Origin: Planctopirus limnophila DSM 3776
GTDB taxonomy: Bacteria > Planctomycetota > Planctomycetia > Planctomycetales > Planctomycetaceae
Reading direction: 5' to 3'
NCBI RefSeq assembly: GCF_000092105.1
Contig: NC_014148.1
Span: 1 to 32,000, forward strand
Length of the DNA stretch: 32,000 nucleotides
Position 1 is the first letter of the stretch, and each line of letters begins with the position of its first letter. Shown here in pieces: positions 8,976-17,042 of the stretch. Under the pieces are notes generated by a model. That model was given only the letters and a program-made list of their open reading frames with translations, did no database searches and was not told the origin of the DNA. Both the position numbers and the translations under genes were made by a program.

Positions 8976-9230
8976 TCACGGTTGAGCAGGTGGACAGACT
9001 CGTGACCGCTGAGCATTCAATTCCACAAAGTGTTGCCATTGTGCGGGCACATTGTCTTCGTGGAAAATCGCCGAGACGGGACATTCGCTGACGCACGCAT
9101 CACAATCAATGCATTCTTCCGGGTTGATGTAGACCATTTCCGCATCTTCATGGAAACAGTCGCATGGGCAAACCACAAGGCAGGCTTTGTCTTTGCAACC
9201 TCTGCAAGGTTCAGTCACTACCATCGTCAT
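8976..9230 (-). CDS. 7Fe (3Fe-4S plus 4Fe-4S) FdxA-type ferredoxin
   Basis: 84 aa. CRGCKDKACLVVCPCDCF and ECIDCDACVSECPVSAIF match the Azotobacter-type pattern CxxCxxxxCxxxCP ... CxxCxxCxxxCP. GGAG lies 9 nt upstream of the ATG. Confidence 0.9.
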   Translation of the reverse strand: MTMVVTEPCRGCKDKACLVVCPCDCFHEDAEMVYINPEECIDCDACVSECPVSAIFHEDNVPAQWQHFVELNAQRSRVCPPAQP

Positions 9231-9308
9231 GGGGAGTTTCTCCGATTCGAACTTCGGGACTTGGAAGCCGTCTGCTCAGGAGATGAGAAACTGGACGAAA
9301 AAGCGGAC

Positions 9309-10766
9309 ATGCCTGAACCAGAAAATCTGAAAATCGATCTACACGATCAATCTGGTGTGGAACTGGTCAAACTTTGGGCTTCAGGGAATCAAGACGCTGC
9401 GCAAATACTGGTTGCGCGGTATCAGATTCGACTTATGGCCATGATCAGTGCTCGCTTATCGGCGCAGTATCGCCATCGAATCGCGACAGAAGATGTTGTG
9501 CAGTCAGCACTGGTGAGTTTCTTCCGTACGGCTCGCCATCAAACAGAACGTTCAGTCATTCCGACATCAACGAAATCTGTCTGGGATCTTCTCGCTCTCT
9601 TCGCCCGCCGCAAGTTATCCCGAGCGATCGAACGAGAAAGCGCCAGCAAAAGAGGTGGTCACTGGAAGCGATACTCATTAGAGCAGTTCGAACACAGTTT
9701 CCCAGTTTCGCCCGGTTCTCAGGAACTTGAGGAACTGCTGATTGATCTCCGCTCACAGTTGGACGATAGCCAATCACAGCTTCTTGAACTTCTCCTGCAA
9801 AATGCGACTCAGAAAGAAATTGCACAGCAATGCGCTGTCGATGAGAGGACCATTCGCCGGCGCTTAATGGCTTTGCGGAACCTGATCGCCGAACAGTGGG
9901 CAGGTGAGTTTTCATTCCCCACCAAAGAACTACGATTCAGTCCAACGATTTCGCTACCTCAGATCACCTATGGACAATTTGTACTTGGAAAGCTGGTCGG
10001 GAGAGGGGCTCTTGGAAAAGTTTATCGAGCCAGATGGCAGCCACACGGTCAATTGATGGCTGTGAAATTCATGCACCGCGATCTATGGAAACAACCTGAG
10101 TCGCAGGATTCCTTTCTCCGGGAAATTGATCTCGCTTCAAAGATTCATCATCCGGGCATCATCAGATATCTTGGCTGGGGAAGGTCTCCTCACGGCGGGC
10201 CCTATCTTTTAAGCGAATACATTGATGGTTCCGCATTGACGAAGTGCTCAATCGCTGATGCTCCAACTCGATGGAAGCGGTTCATTGACATTTGCGACGC
10301 AATGGCAGCAGCTCATCAGTCAGGTGTCATTCATGGTGATCTCACACCCGCCAACATCCTGATTGCGCATGATGGTCGTGTCGTTGTCACTGATTTCGGG
10401 TTTGCCACGCAAAGCTATTCAAAAACAGAGAACGATCACGCAGACTTAAACTTCATCTCGCCCGGCGGAACAATTGGTTTTGCTGCACCTGAGCAGATTT
10501 CGACCGCCTTTGGAAACATCAGCCCAGCGACAGACATCTATGCCCTCGGGGCTCTCGCGTTCTATCTACTTTTTGGCAGGGGGCCACACCAGAAAATCGA
10601 GCAATCGATTGTCGATACGCTTGATGAAGAAAATGTCGTCATTAAGGAAACACAAACCACTGCCGAAGAAACCAGGTTGGCGAAAGTCGTCAACCGAGCA
10701 CTCAAGAAAGCCGTCAGGGATCGCCCTCAGTCGATTGCTGAACTCCTCGATGGCATGAGAGGTTAG
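9309..10766 (+). CDS. Fusion protein: N-terminal ECF-type sigma-70-like domain (regions 2 and 4) plus C-terminal Hanks-type Ser/Thr protein kinase
   Basis: Region 2-like: ILVARYQIRLMAMISARL...IATEDVVQSALVSFF. Region 4 HTH-like: SQLLELLLQNATQKEIAQQCAVDERTIRRRLMALRNLI. Kinase motifs: G-loop GRGALGKV, Lys in LMAVKF, catalytic loop VIHGDLTPANILI, DFG in VTDFGFA, APE in FAAPEQ. The ORF-track start at 9030 overlaps the ferredoxin gene antisense, so I use the first ATG after it. The start remains uncertain. Confidence 0.8.
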   Translation: MPEPENLKIDLHDQSGVELVKLWASGNQDAAQILVARYQIRLMAMISARLSAQYRHRIATEDVVQSALVSFFRTARHQTERSVIPTSTKSVWDLLALFARRKLSRAIERESASKRGGHWKRYSLEQFEHSFPVSPGSQELEELLIDLRSQLDDSQSQLLELLLQNATQKEIAQQCAVDERTIRRRLMALRNLIAEQWAGEFSFPTKELRFSPTISLPQITYGQFVLGKLVGRGALGKVYRARWQPHGQLMAVKFMHRDLWKQPESQDSFLREIDLASKIHHPGIIRYLGWGRSPHGGPYLLSEYIDGSALTKCSIADAPTRWKRFIDICDAMAAAHQSGVIHGDLTPANILIAHDGRVVVTDFGFATQSYSKTENDHADLNFISPGGTIGFAAPEQISTAFGNISPATDIYALGALAFYLLFGRGPHQKIEQSIVDTLDEENVVIKETQTTAEETRLAKVVNRALKKAVRDRPQSIAELLDGMRG

Positions 10767-10823
10767 AGCTCATCATTGACCTCCCGCTCAAGACTTTGTG
10801 GCGGGTGGTTTCGTCTGAGACCA

Positions 10824-11840
10824 TTAAGGCCTTTGCCGAGCCTGTGTCGAAAACGAAGCACGTCTGAGTAAGTGCGGTCTGCGGGGGCGTCTTTGGATGG
10901 CGCGGTGAATCGACTCTTCGCACAATTCTCCCAAAGACCAACCGGCTTGCTGAGCCGCCTTGGGGACGAGGCTGTGATCGGTTAATCCGGGAATGGTGTT
11001 GATTTCAAGAACCCAGGGGTTCCCTTCCGAATCGAGCATCAGATCGACCCGGGAGATTCCAGTCACACCCAGAGCATGGACGGCTCCCCGGCAGGCAGTT
11101 TCCAGCTTCTGTCGGCATGTTGCCGGGAGAGGTTTATCGAAGATGTAACGTGTGTGGTCGTCTTCGTATTTCGCGACCCAGTCGAAAAACTCGCGGTCTG
11201 TCTCGATACAGATCGGTGGCAAGATCTCGTCGTCATGCAGTCCGACAGTCCATTCGCTGCCCACAATTGCCGCTTCCATAATGAGGGCCTCGTCGTAATG
11301 GCGTGCCCTTTCATAAGCGGATTGAAGTTGCTCTGGCTGGCGGACAATCGAGACGCCCAGGCTCGAGCCTTGCGATGCGGGTTTAATGACCACAGGCCAG
11401 CCCAGTTCCTTTGCTTTCATCAGCAAACTGTCGAAAGACTCGTGAGGTGAAAGTTCGCACCATGCGGGAGTCGGCACCTGCATGCGATCAAAATTCTGTT
11501 TGGCAATGCGTTTATCAAACGCTAAACGGGAAGCCTGACTGCTGCTCCCCGTGTAAGGAATTCCGGATTCTTCGAGCAATGTCTGCACACCGCCGTCTTC
11601 GCCAAACCGTCCATGCAGGGCGATAAAGACTGCATCAAACCCATTCCAATCCATTCCCTTGAGTGAAACGATGGCGGGGTCGATCGGCAGTATGAAATGG
11701 CCACGCTCCTGCAAAGCCTGACAAACGGCCTGGCCACTTCTGAGACTGATTGACCGCTCGTCAGAATCACCACCGGCCAGCAAGGCAATGTTCCATCGCG
11801 GTGGATTGGTGGCAGCAGACTGTATGTTCCCGCGTGACAT
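10824..11840 (-). CDS. ddl: D-alanine--D-alanine ligase
   Basis: NIALLAGGDSDERSISLRSGQAV, FIALHGRFGEDGGVQTLLEESGIPYTGS, ATP-grasp WPVVIKPASQGSSLGVSIV, and C-terminal RVDLMLDSEGNPWVLEINTIPGLT. An upstream GTG at 11849 is also possible. Confidence 0.92.
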   Translation of the reverse strand: MSRGNIQSAATNPPRWNIALLAGGDSDERSISLRSGQAVCQALQERGHFILPIDPAIVSLKGMDWNGFDAVFIALHGRFGEDGGVQTLLEESGIPYTGSSSQASRLAFDKRIAKQNFDRMQVPTPAWCELSPHESFDSLLMKAKELGWPVVIKPASQGSSLGVSIVRQPEQLQSAYERARHYDEALIMEAAIVGSEWTVGLHDDEILPPICIETDREFFDWVAKYEDDHTRYIFDKPLPATCRQKLETACRGAVHALGVTGISRVDLMLDSEGNPWVLEINTIPGLTDHSLVPKAAQQAGWSLGELCEESIHRAIQRRPRRPHLLRRASFSTQARQRP

Positions 11841-11909
11841 TCCCAGCACCTTGCGGAAAGAATCGTGTCGATCAGATCACTTGACTCACGGATCACATGG
11901 CGACGGTTA

Positions 11910-13238
11910 TCAGCGAATCGCCCGTTTCTTTAAGTATTTCTCGAGTGCGTAATGGCCCGCTTCTGTCTGTCGAACGACGAGTGCTCCGGTTGATTGAAAC
12001 ACACGGATACTGCCACTGTTGGGGCCTTTCCATGATTTCGGCTGGACACTGGCCTGAATCTCACTGACCAGTGCATCGAAATCGGGTTGGCCATTCACCA
12101 GCGGAGCAAGCTCTCCCGCGGGATAGGTCTTCACGAAGTAATCTTCAGGTTTTGGCCGGAGTTGCTCTGCATGGCCGATCAACACGATTTCATGTTTGAC
12201 GGCGTAGGCCAGTTCAGCCGCTGCGACAAGTTGTTCGATCACTTCATCGGCGGGTTGATTGGCAATGTTCAACGTGACGGTGTCGTCAAGCTTTGGCCGG
12301 GAAGAAACCAGTGCCGCAGGGTCGATGACAATATTCACTCCGGCTTCTTCAGCCACTTTGCGGAGAGCCGAGCGGCGGGTTTCGTTGGTAAGGCTGACAG
12401 TGATCTTTTTCGACAGGCGATCAAGAACTGTTTCGGAAGTGATCACCGGTTCGGTTTGGCCCGCTGGAGCACGACTGCCCGAATTCACGCTGGAGGCGGA
12501 ACTTCCCATCGCGTTGTTGGAAGTTAGTGAGGTCGAAGCCAGTGGTGCCACCTGATCATTGGGAATGAAAGCCCTGGGGCGACTATTGGCAGCGGTGGCC
12601 GGAGAAGGTGGCAGATCAGAGAGATCGGGAAACGCGAGATTTTTGGCCTGATTACGTTCTGTTTCGAGACTGGTATTGGCATCAAGAGTCGGGGCACCAC
12701 CAATTTGAGGCATGGCGGCGTATTGCTCAGCCGTCCCACCCAGCGATCGGGGAGCCTGAGCGGTTCCCGCAGGTGCAGCAGTTACTGCAGGTGGTATGGC
12801 GGCTGGCAATGTCGAAACTTCAGCGGGGCGATTGAATGAGTTGGAAACCGCGACAGTGAACTCAAAGCGTTGGCCATCGGGCTTCTCGGTGACAAAGCCA
12901 GAGGGGGTTCCTGTTGTTTGAATGCGGGGCGTCGCCACAACAGTTTGTACGCCCTGCTCATCCACCTCAATGACCTGGACCTGAAAGATGTAATGGCGGG
13001 TTTTTGCGGGAGTCGTCGGCGCTGCACCCGAGGCGGTGATGATTGTTGCCGGCTGGGGAATCAACGATTCGTGGCCCATGAGACGACGGGGTGCTGAGCT
13101 GTTGTTCTCGATACTTAATGCCGAGACGGGAGGCTCGTGACTCGGAATCTGCTCCTGAGCACACAGACCGGGAAGCTGCTGGAAGACGATCGCACCCGAC
13201 AGGCTGGCCGCCAACAGGCTGGCTGCCCATCGGCCCAT
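11910..13238 (-). CDS. Secreted hypothetical protein with C-terminal secretin-N/STN-like modules (gene X of the murC-murB-X-ddl cluster)
   Basis: Signal-like MGRWAASLLAASLSGAIVFQQLPGLCAQE. A long P/A/S/T-rich middle. C-terminal pattern KITVSLTNETRRSALRKVAEEAGVNIVIDPAAL...VTLNIANQPADEVIEQL, then DFDALVSEIQASVQPKSWKGPNSGSIRVFQSTGALVVRQTEAGHYALEKYL, which resembles secretin N-terminal/STN-type domains. The ORF is open to 13304. Confidence 0.7.
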   Translation of the reverse strand: MGRWAASLLAASLSGAIVFQQLPGLCAQEQIPSHEPPVSALSIENNSSAPRRLMGHESLIPQPATIITASGAAPTTPAKTRHYIFQVQVIEVDEQGVQTVVATPRIQTTGTPSGFVTEKPDGQRFEFTVAVSNSFNRPAEVSTLPAAIPPAVTAAPAGTAQAPRSLGGTAEQYAAMPQIGGAPTLDANTSLETERNQAKNLAFPDLSDLPPSPATAANSRPRAFIPNDQVAPLASTSLTSNNAMGSSASSVNSGSRAPAGQTEPVITSETVLDRLSKKITVSLTNETRRSALRKVAEEAGVNIVIDPAALVSSRPKLDDTVTLNIANQPADEVIEQLVAAAELAYAVKHEIVLIGHAEQLRPKPEDYFVKTYPAGELAPLVNGQPDFDALVSEIQASVQPKSWKGPNSGSIRVFQSTGALVVRQTEAGHYALEKYLKKRAIR

Positions 13239-13315
13239 GCAGAGGTCAACCCAATGCTGAGCCATGGCTGAGGTGATTGCCATCCATGGTTGGGAAACTC
13301 CCATACCGACTCCTC

Positions 13316-13380
13316 CCTGAGTCTTTGTTCTCTCGAACCTGAGTCTTTTATTCTCGCGAACCCGAGTCTAAATTGTTCCC
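13316..13380. repeat. Three tandem 22-23-bp direct repeats just upstream of gene X
   Basis: CCTGAGTCTTTGTTCTCTCGAA (13316-13337), CCTGAGTCTTTTATTCTCGCGAA (13338-13360), CCCGAGTCTAAATTGTTCCC (13361-13380). The shared core is CC(T/C)GAGTCT. Confidence 0.75.
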
Positions 13381-13573
13381 ATGCTGGCAAACTTCATGTT
13401 GGCACAGCGATTTCCGCTCACTATGTGTTCTGGCCTGAAGTCTTCCAACCTGAGCTGTACGTTAAACGCTCATTCTCGGCAAAGTCTGACTGCTCAATCG
13501 TAGAGGCAGAGCAGTGGCAGAATCTGCCGAAACAAATCTCTCGACGAAGAATGGTCGTCAATGTCAGGCAACC

Positions 13574-13614
13574 GACAGGCGTATTCAAACTGCTGATGAA
13601 AACATACGCCTGTC
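13574..13614 (-). other. Stable hairpin immediately downstream of murB, with no U-tract
   Basis: Perfect 11-bp stem GACAGGCGTAT (13574-13584) / ATACGCCTGTC (13604-13614) with a 19-nt loop. There is no T-run on either strand, so it is not a canonical intrinsic terminator. Confidence 0.45.
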
Positions 13615-13643
13615 CACGCATCGACTGCTAAAGCCACGAAGAT

Positions 13644-14522
13644 TTACCAGATTTGGATTTCTGACTCCAGATCGACTGCAAACTGTTCAGAAATCTTGCT
13701 TCGTACCAGATCCATCAGTCGCAGGACGTCTGCGGAGGAGGCATTTCCATTCGAGACGATAAAGTTGGCGTGCCGCTCGCTGATTTCGGCTCCACCGACA
13801 CGAGTTCCCTTCAGGTTGGCTTGTTCAATCAATGAACCCGCCGAAAGACCGCGTGGATTCTTAAAGATACAGCCTGCCGATTGAGCCGCGAGTGGTTGAG
13901 ATGATTTTTTCATAATCCACGTTTTTCGCAGGCGGCGGACAATCTCATCCGGGGCATCGGCAATGAGCTGGAACGTGGCTTCGAGAATGATGAGTTCCGT
14001 AAGATTGCTCTGACGATAGCCAAAAGAGAGTTCATCGTCCGAGCGGTCGATGATTTCACCGTCGATCGTCAGCACTTTGACTGAACTGACATACTGGCCG
14101 ATATCGCCATTGCGGCCACCGGCATTACCACGCAGAGCGCCGCCAATTGTTCCCGGAATTCCCGCGAGATTTTCAAACCCGGCAAGGCTGGCTTTGACGG
14201 CCTGCGAAATGGCATTGGAGAGCAGTGCTCCACCACCAGCGACCAGCGTTGTGCCTTCGATTTTAATGTGCTGGAAAGCTTCATGTGTGAGCTTGATCAC
14301 TGCTCCACTGACGCCTTCATCCCGTACGAGAAGATTCGAGCCACCGCCGAGAACACGGACTGTGATCTGCTGGGCAGCACAGGCTTTGACCACAGCGACG
14401 AGTTCTTCGACGCTACGCGGTTCGAGAAAGTACTGCACCGGGCCACCCAGTTTCATCCAGGTGTAAGGAGCCAGTGGCTCGTCGCGTTTGAGAATGTCGT
14501 GGAATTCTTCGAGAAAGCTCAT
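13644..14522 (-). CDS. murB: UDP-N-acetylenolpyruvoylglucosamine reductase
   Basis: N-terminus EPLAPYTWMKLGGPVQYFLEP parallels the MurB HTTMKIGGPA motif. FAD-binding VLGGGSNLLVRDEG. C-terminal GGAEISERHANFIVN-like segment (GGAEISERHANFIVSNG). Confidence 0.93.
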   Translation of the reverse strand: MSFLEEFHDILKRDEPLAPYTWMKLGGPVQYFLEPRSVEELVAVVKACAAQQITVRVLGGGSNLLVRDEGVSGAVIKLTHEAFQHIKIEGTTLVAGGGALLSNAISQAVKASLAGFENLAGIPGTIGGALRGNAGGRNGDIGQYVSSVKVLTIDGEIIDRSDDELSFGYRQSNLTELIILEATFQLIADAPDEIVRRLRKTWIMKKSSQPLAAQSAGCIFKNPRGLSAGSLIEQANLKGTRVGGAEISERHANFIVSNGNASSADVLRLMDLVRSKISEQFAVDLESEIQIW

Positions 14523-16122
14523 AGTGAATCCGGTCGATATGGCCAGCGCCCGCAGTAATCAGCACATCGATTGTGCCCGCCTTATGCTCTACGGATGACC
14601 GCAGATGGTCAAGTGTGCCGCAGACTTCCGTAGGAATTCCTGCCGAACGGACACGTTGGGCAAGGTCTTGAATCAAAGTGTGCTTAAGTGCGGAATTGCC
14701 TTCTCTGGCTGCAAAAACCGGGGCAATGAACACCTGATCTGCCAGAGCCAGTGACTGAGCAAACTCGGGGAGCAGTGCCTGCAGGCGGGAAACCTGATGA
14801 GGTTCAAAAGCGAGAGCGATTCTCCGGGAGCCGAAGATCTGCCGGGCAGTTCGCAAAGTTTCGATGACAGCCGTCGGATGGTGTGCGTAGTCGTCGATCA
14901 GGTGGATACCACGCCAGAGGCCCTTCCATTCGAACCGTCGGCGAATCCCTTGAAAGCTGGCAAGTGCCTGGATGCGATGCGGTAGTGGACAACCCGTCTG
15001 CTCAGTGAGAGCCAGTGCTGCCAGTGCGTTGAGAATGTTGTGCCTGCCGGGAATCTGTAATTGGACGCTCGCCCGGTGTTTTCCGCAATAAAACAACTCA
15101 AACCGACTCTTGGCACCAAGTCGTTGAATCTGGCGAGCCTGCCAGTGAGGGTATTTTGCATTCCCCATCGAGAGGCCGAACGTTTCGACTTGTGCTTGCG
15201 CGTTCTCGGCCGCCTGAAGTGCCATTGGAGAATCCGCCGCTGTGACGAGCCTGCCATCTGGCTTCACACGGGCAGCAAATTTCGAAAAAGCATCGCCAAA
15301 TTCGGCCTCGCTGGCAAAACAATCGAAGTGATCGGGCTCACAAGAAAGTATTGCTGCAAGTTCGGGTTCGTAAGCGAGGAAATGCTGGCGGTACTCGCAA
15401 GCCTCAGCGACCAGCCAGTCCCCTTCAACATAACTGCCAGATCTATGCAAGGTGGCCATGGCCTGATCAGGCTTTGATAGAGGTAGAGGTGCGATCAGTT
15501 CTCCACCCATAATGAAGGATGCTCGCCATGGATGATTAGTATTTACGATTGAATCTGTAATCTCAGGTGCCAGCGAACTGGAGAGCATCCAGGCAACCAT
15601 GGCTGTGGTGGTGCTTTTCCCGTGAGTACCGGCAATGCACAGGCTGCGACTGGAGTTGATGAGGTGAGCGAGCGCAATGTGGTAAGGGATAGCCGGGATC
15701 CCGGCCAGCCGGGCGGCCTGCAAGCCGGCATCCGCTGGCGGAATTGCGGCACTGTGAATGATTAGATCAGGGACAGCAGCGATTGATTGACGGAGCCTGT
15801 TTTCCGGATTGGAAGTGAGTCGCGACAATTCGGGAAAGGAAAAGCCAGACTCTAGCGCAGTAGCGTCTGGCGAATGAATGGCAGCCCGGGGCAAGTTTTT
15901 CTGGCGGGTATAAACCAGACCTCGTGGAAACAGTTCACTCAGCCCGGCTGTCGGCAGTTGCTCATCGGTACCGGTCACACAAAAACCCCGGGCCAGCAGA
16001 TACTCTGCCAACGAGCGCAAACCACTGCCGCAAACACCGATCAGGTGAATCCAGACTGGCGAACCATGCTTTCCCCATGGATTCGCCAGAAGTTTCTCGG
16101 TGATGTGCGATGAATTGGTCAA
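14413..16122 (-). CDS. murC: UDP-N-acetylmuramate--L-alanine ligase
   Basis: TTG start. IHLIGVCGSGLRSLAEYLLARGFCVTGTD, P-loop IAGTHGKSTTTAM, DDYAHHPT, and C-terminal LITAGAGHI. The last 110 nt overlap the murB start in another frame. Confidence 0.9.
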   Translation of the reverse strand: MTNSSHITEKLLANPWGKHGSPVWIHLIGVCGSGLRSLAEYLLARGFCVTGTDEQLPTAGLSELFPRGLVYTRQKNLPRAAIHSPDATALESGFSFPELSRLTSNPENRLRQSIAAVPDLIIHSAAIPPADAGLQAARLAGIPAIPYHIALAHLINSSRSLCIAGTHGKSTTTAMVAWMLSSSLAPEITDSIVNTNHPWRASFIMGGELIAPLPLSKPDQAMATLHRSGSYVEGDWLVAEACEYRQHFLAYEPELAAILSCEPDHFDCFASEAEFGDAFSKFAARVKPDGRLVTAADSPMALQAAENAQAQVETFGLSMGNAKYPHWQARQIQRLGAKSRFELFYCGKHRASVQLQIPGRHNILNALAALALTEQTGCPLPHRIQALASFQGIRRRFEWKGLWRGIHLIDDYAHHPTAVIETLRTARQIFGSRRIALAFEPHQVSRLQALLPEFAQSLALADQVFIAPVFAAREGNSALKHTLIQDLAQRVRSAGIPTEVCGTLDHLRSSVEHKAGTIDVLITAGAGHIDRIHYELSRRIPRHSQTRRATGSLHLDETGWPGAVLSRTA

Positions 16123-16613
16123 AAAGTGTTACCAGGCCCACTCGCGGGCAGACATTTTGGAAACGGCCTGAAAGATTGCGACGCTGCTAAGAGAATTACT
16201 AAGTGAGAGCCACGATCAGCATTTGACTCATGACATCGTTCGGTCCGGGGAATGAACAGATGTGAGCATGAACAATGAGTTATGCACCATGGGCGGCCCG
16301 ATTGGGTTATCGATGAAAAATGAGATTTTGGCTAGGTCGAACAACTGAGGAAATGGCAACAAGGCGAAAGGGTCGTCTGTATCTCTCAAGTCTCTAAATA
16401 ATAAATAGTTACAGTTCCTTTTTTGTGCTGGGGTGACCGATGGGCAGAGATTTGAAGTGCTGAAGAGATGAGCCAGGTGTTCGGTGAAAACCGGATCGAA
16501 GAAATTGTTTGCAAATACCCGTCCTCAATTCGAACTCAATGGCTGGAAAAAGCCCTCTTTACTGTATACGTTTCAACACTTACTTTTGTGTGATTTCATG
16601 GAAGGCCCTGCTC

Positions 16614-16946
16614 ATGGCCCTTGAGTCTCCGCTTCAACTCACTCCGCTGGATGCATTGGCTGAGGCCGCCGAGTGCCTCAAGATTGTGGCCCATCCTCAT
16701 CGCCTGCGGATTCTGCAAATGCTTTTGCAGAAAGATTTTACGGTGAGCGAACTGGCCCAGGCGTGTGATTTGCCCAGTGCGATGGCCTCGGAACATCTGC
16801 GGTTGATGCAAAGGTGTGGTTTTCTGACGAGTGAAAAATCGGGGCGCAAAGTGTTTTATCACGTCATCGAGCCACACTTGAAAGACCTGTTGAAATGTGT
16901 TGAAGGCCGCTTCGGCGTCTCCGAGACCATTCTTTCGGCGGAATAG
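16614..16946 (+). CDS. ArsR/SmtB-family winged-helix transcriptional regulator
   Basis: AECLKIVAHPHRLRILQMLLQKDFTVSELAQACDLPSAMASEHLRLMQRCGFLTSEKSGRKVFYHV. No ELCVCDL-type metal site is visible. ATG 16614 was chosen over the upstream extension from 16509. Confidence 0.85.
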   Translation: MALESPLQLTPLDALAEAAECLKIVAHPHRLRILQMLLQKDFTVSELAQACDLPSAMASEHLRLMQRCGFLTSEKSGRKVFYHVIEPHLKDLLKCVEGRFGVSETILSAE

Positions 16947-17042
16947 CATGGGCGGGGAAATGACGACCTGCTCTGCATGAAAATCCCGGACTGATTCGCC
17001 ATACTCCCGCAACCAGGTTTTCAATTGCGGAGAGATAGACTC

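Noticed and set aside
7955-9016. 353-aa ORF on the minus strand.
   Set aside because: It is entirely antisense to the well-supported Gfo/Idh/MocA gene and runs through its terminator hairpin. The translation is Arg/Cys/Gly-rich with no motifs. This is a typical shadow ORF in GC-rich DNA.
9030-9308. N-terminal 93 codons of the 578-aa ORF-track version of the sigma/kinase gene.
   Set aside because: This part is antisense to the ferredoxin CDS (8976-9230), which has a clear SD and perfect cluster motifs. The translation there (MLPLCGHIVFVENRRDG...) has no sigma or kinase features. I moved the start to ATG 9309.
10767-10823. Possible terminator between the convergent kinase and ddl genes (CCTCCCGC ... 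GGCGGGTGG).
   Set aside because: The stem is imperfect and short, and there is no U-tract on either strand. It is not strong enough to annotate.
13400-13415. Sigma-54-like element TGGCAC-AGCGA-TTTCC on the plus strand.
   Set aside because: The -12 GC is replaced by TC. The element also points into the 3-prime end of murB (antisense), with no plus-strand gene downstream.
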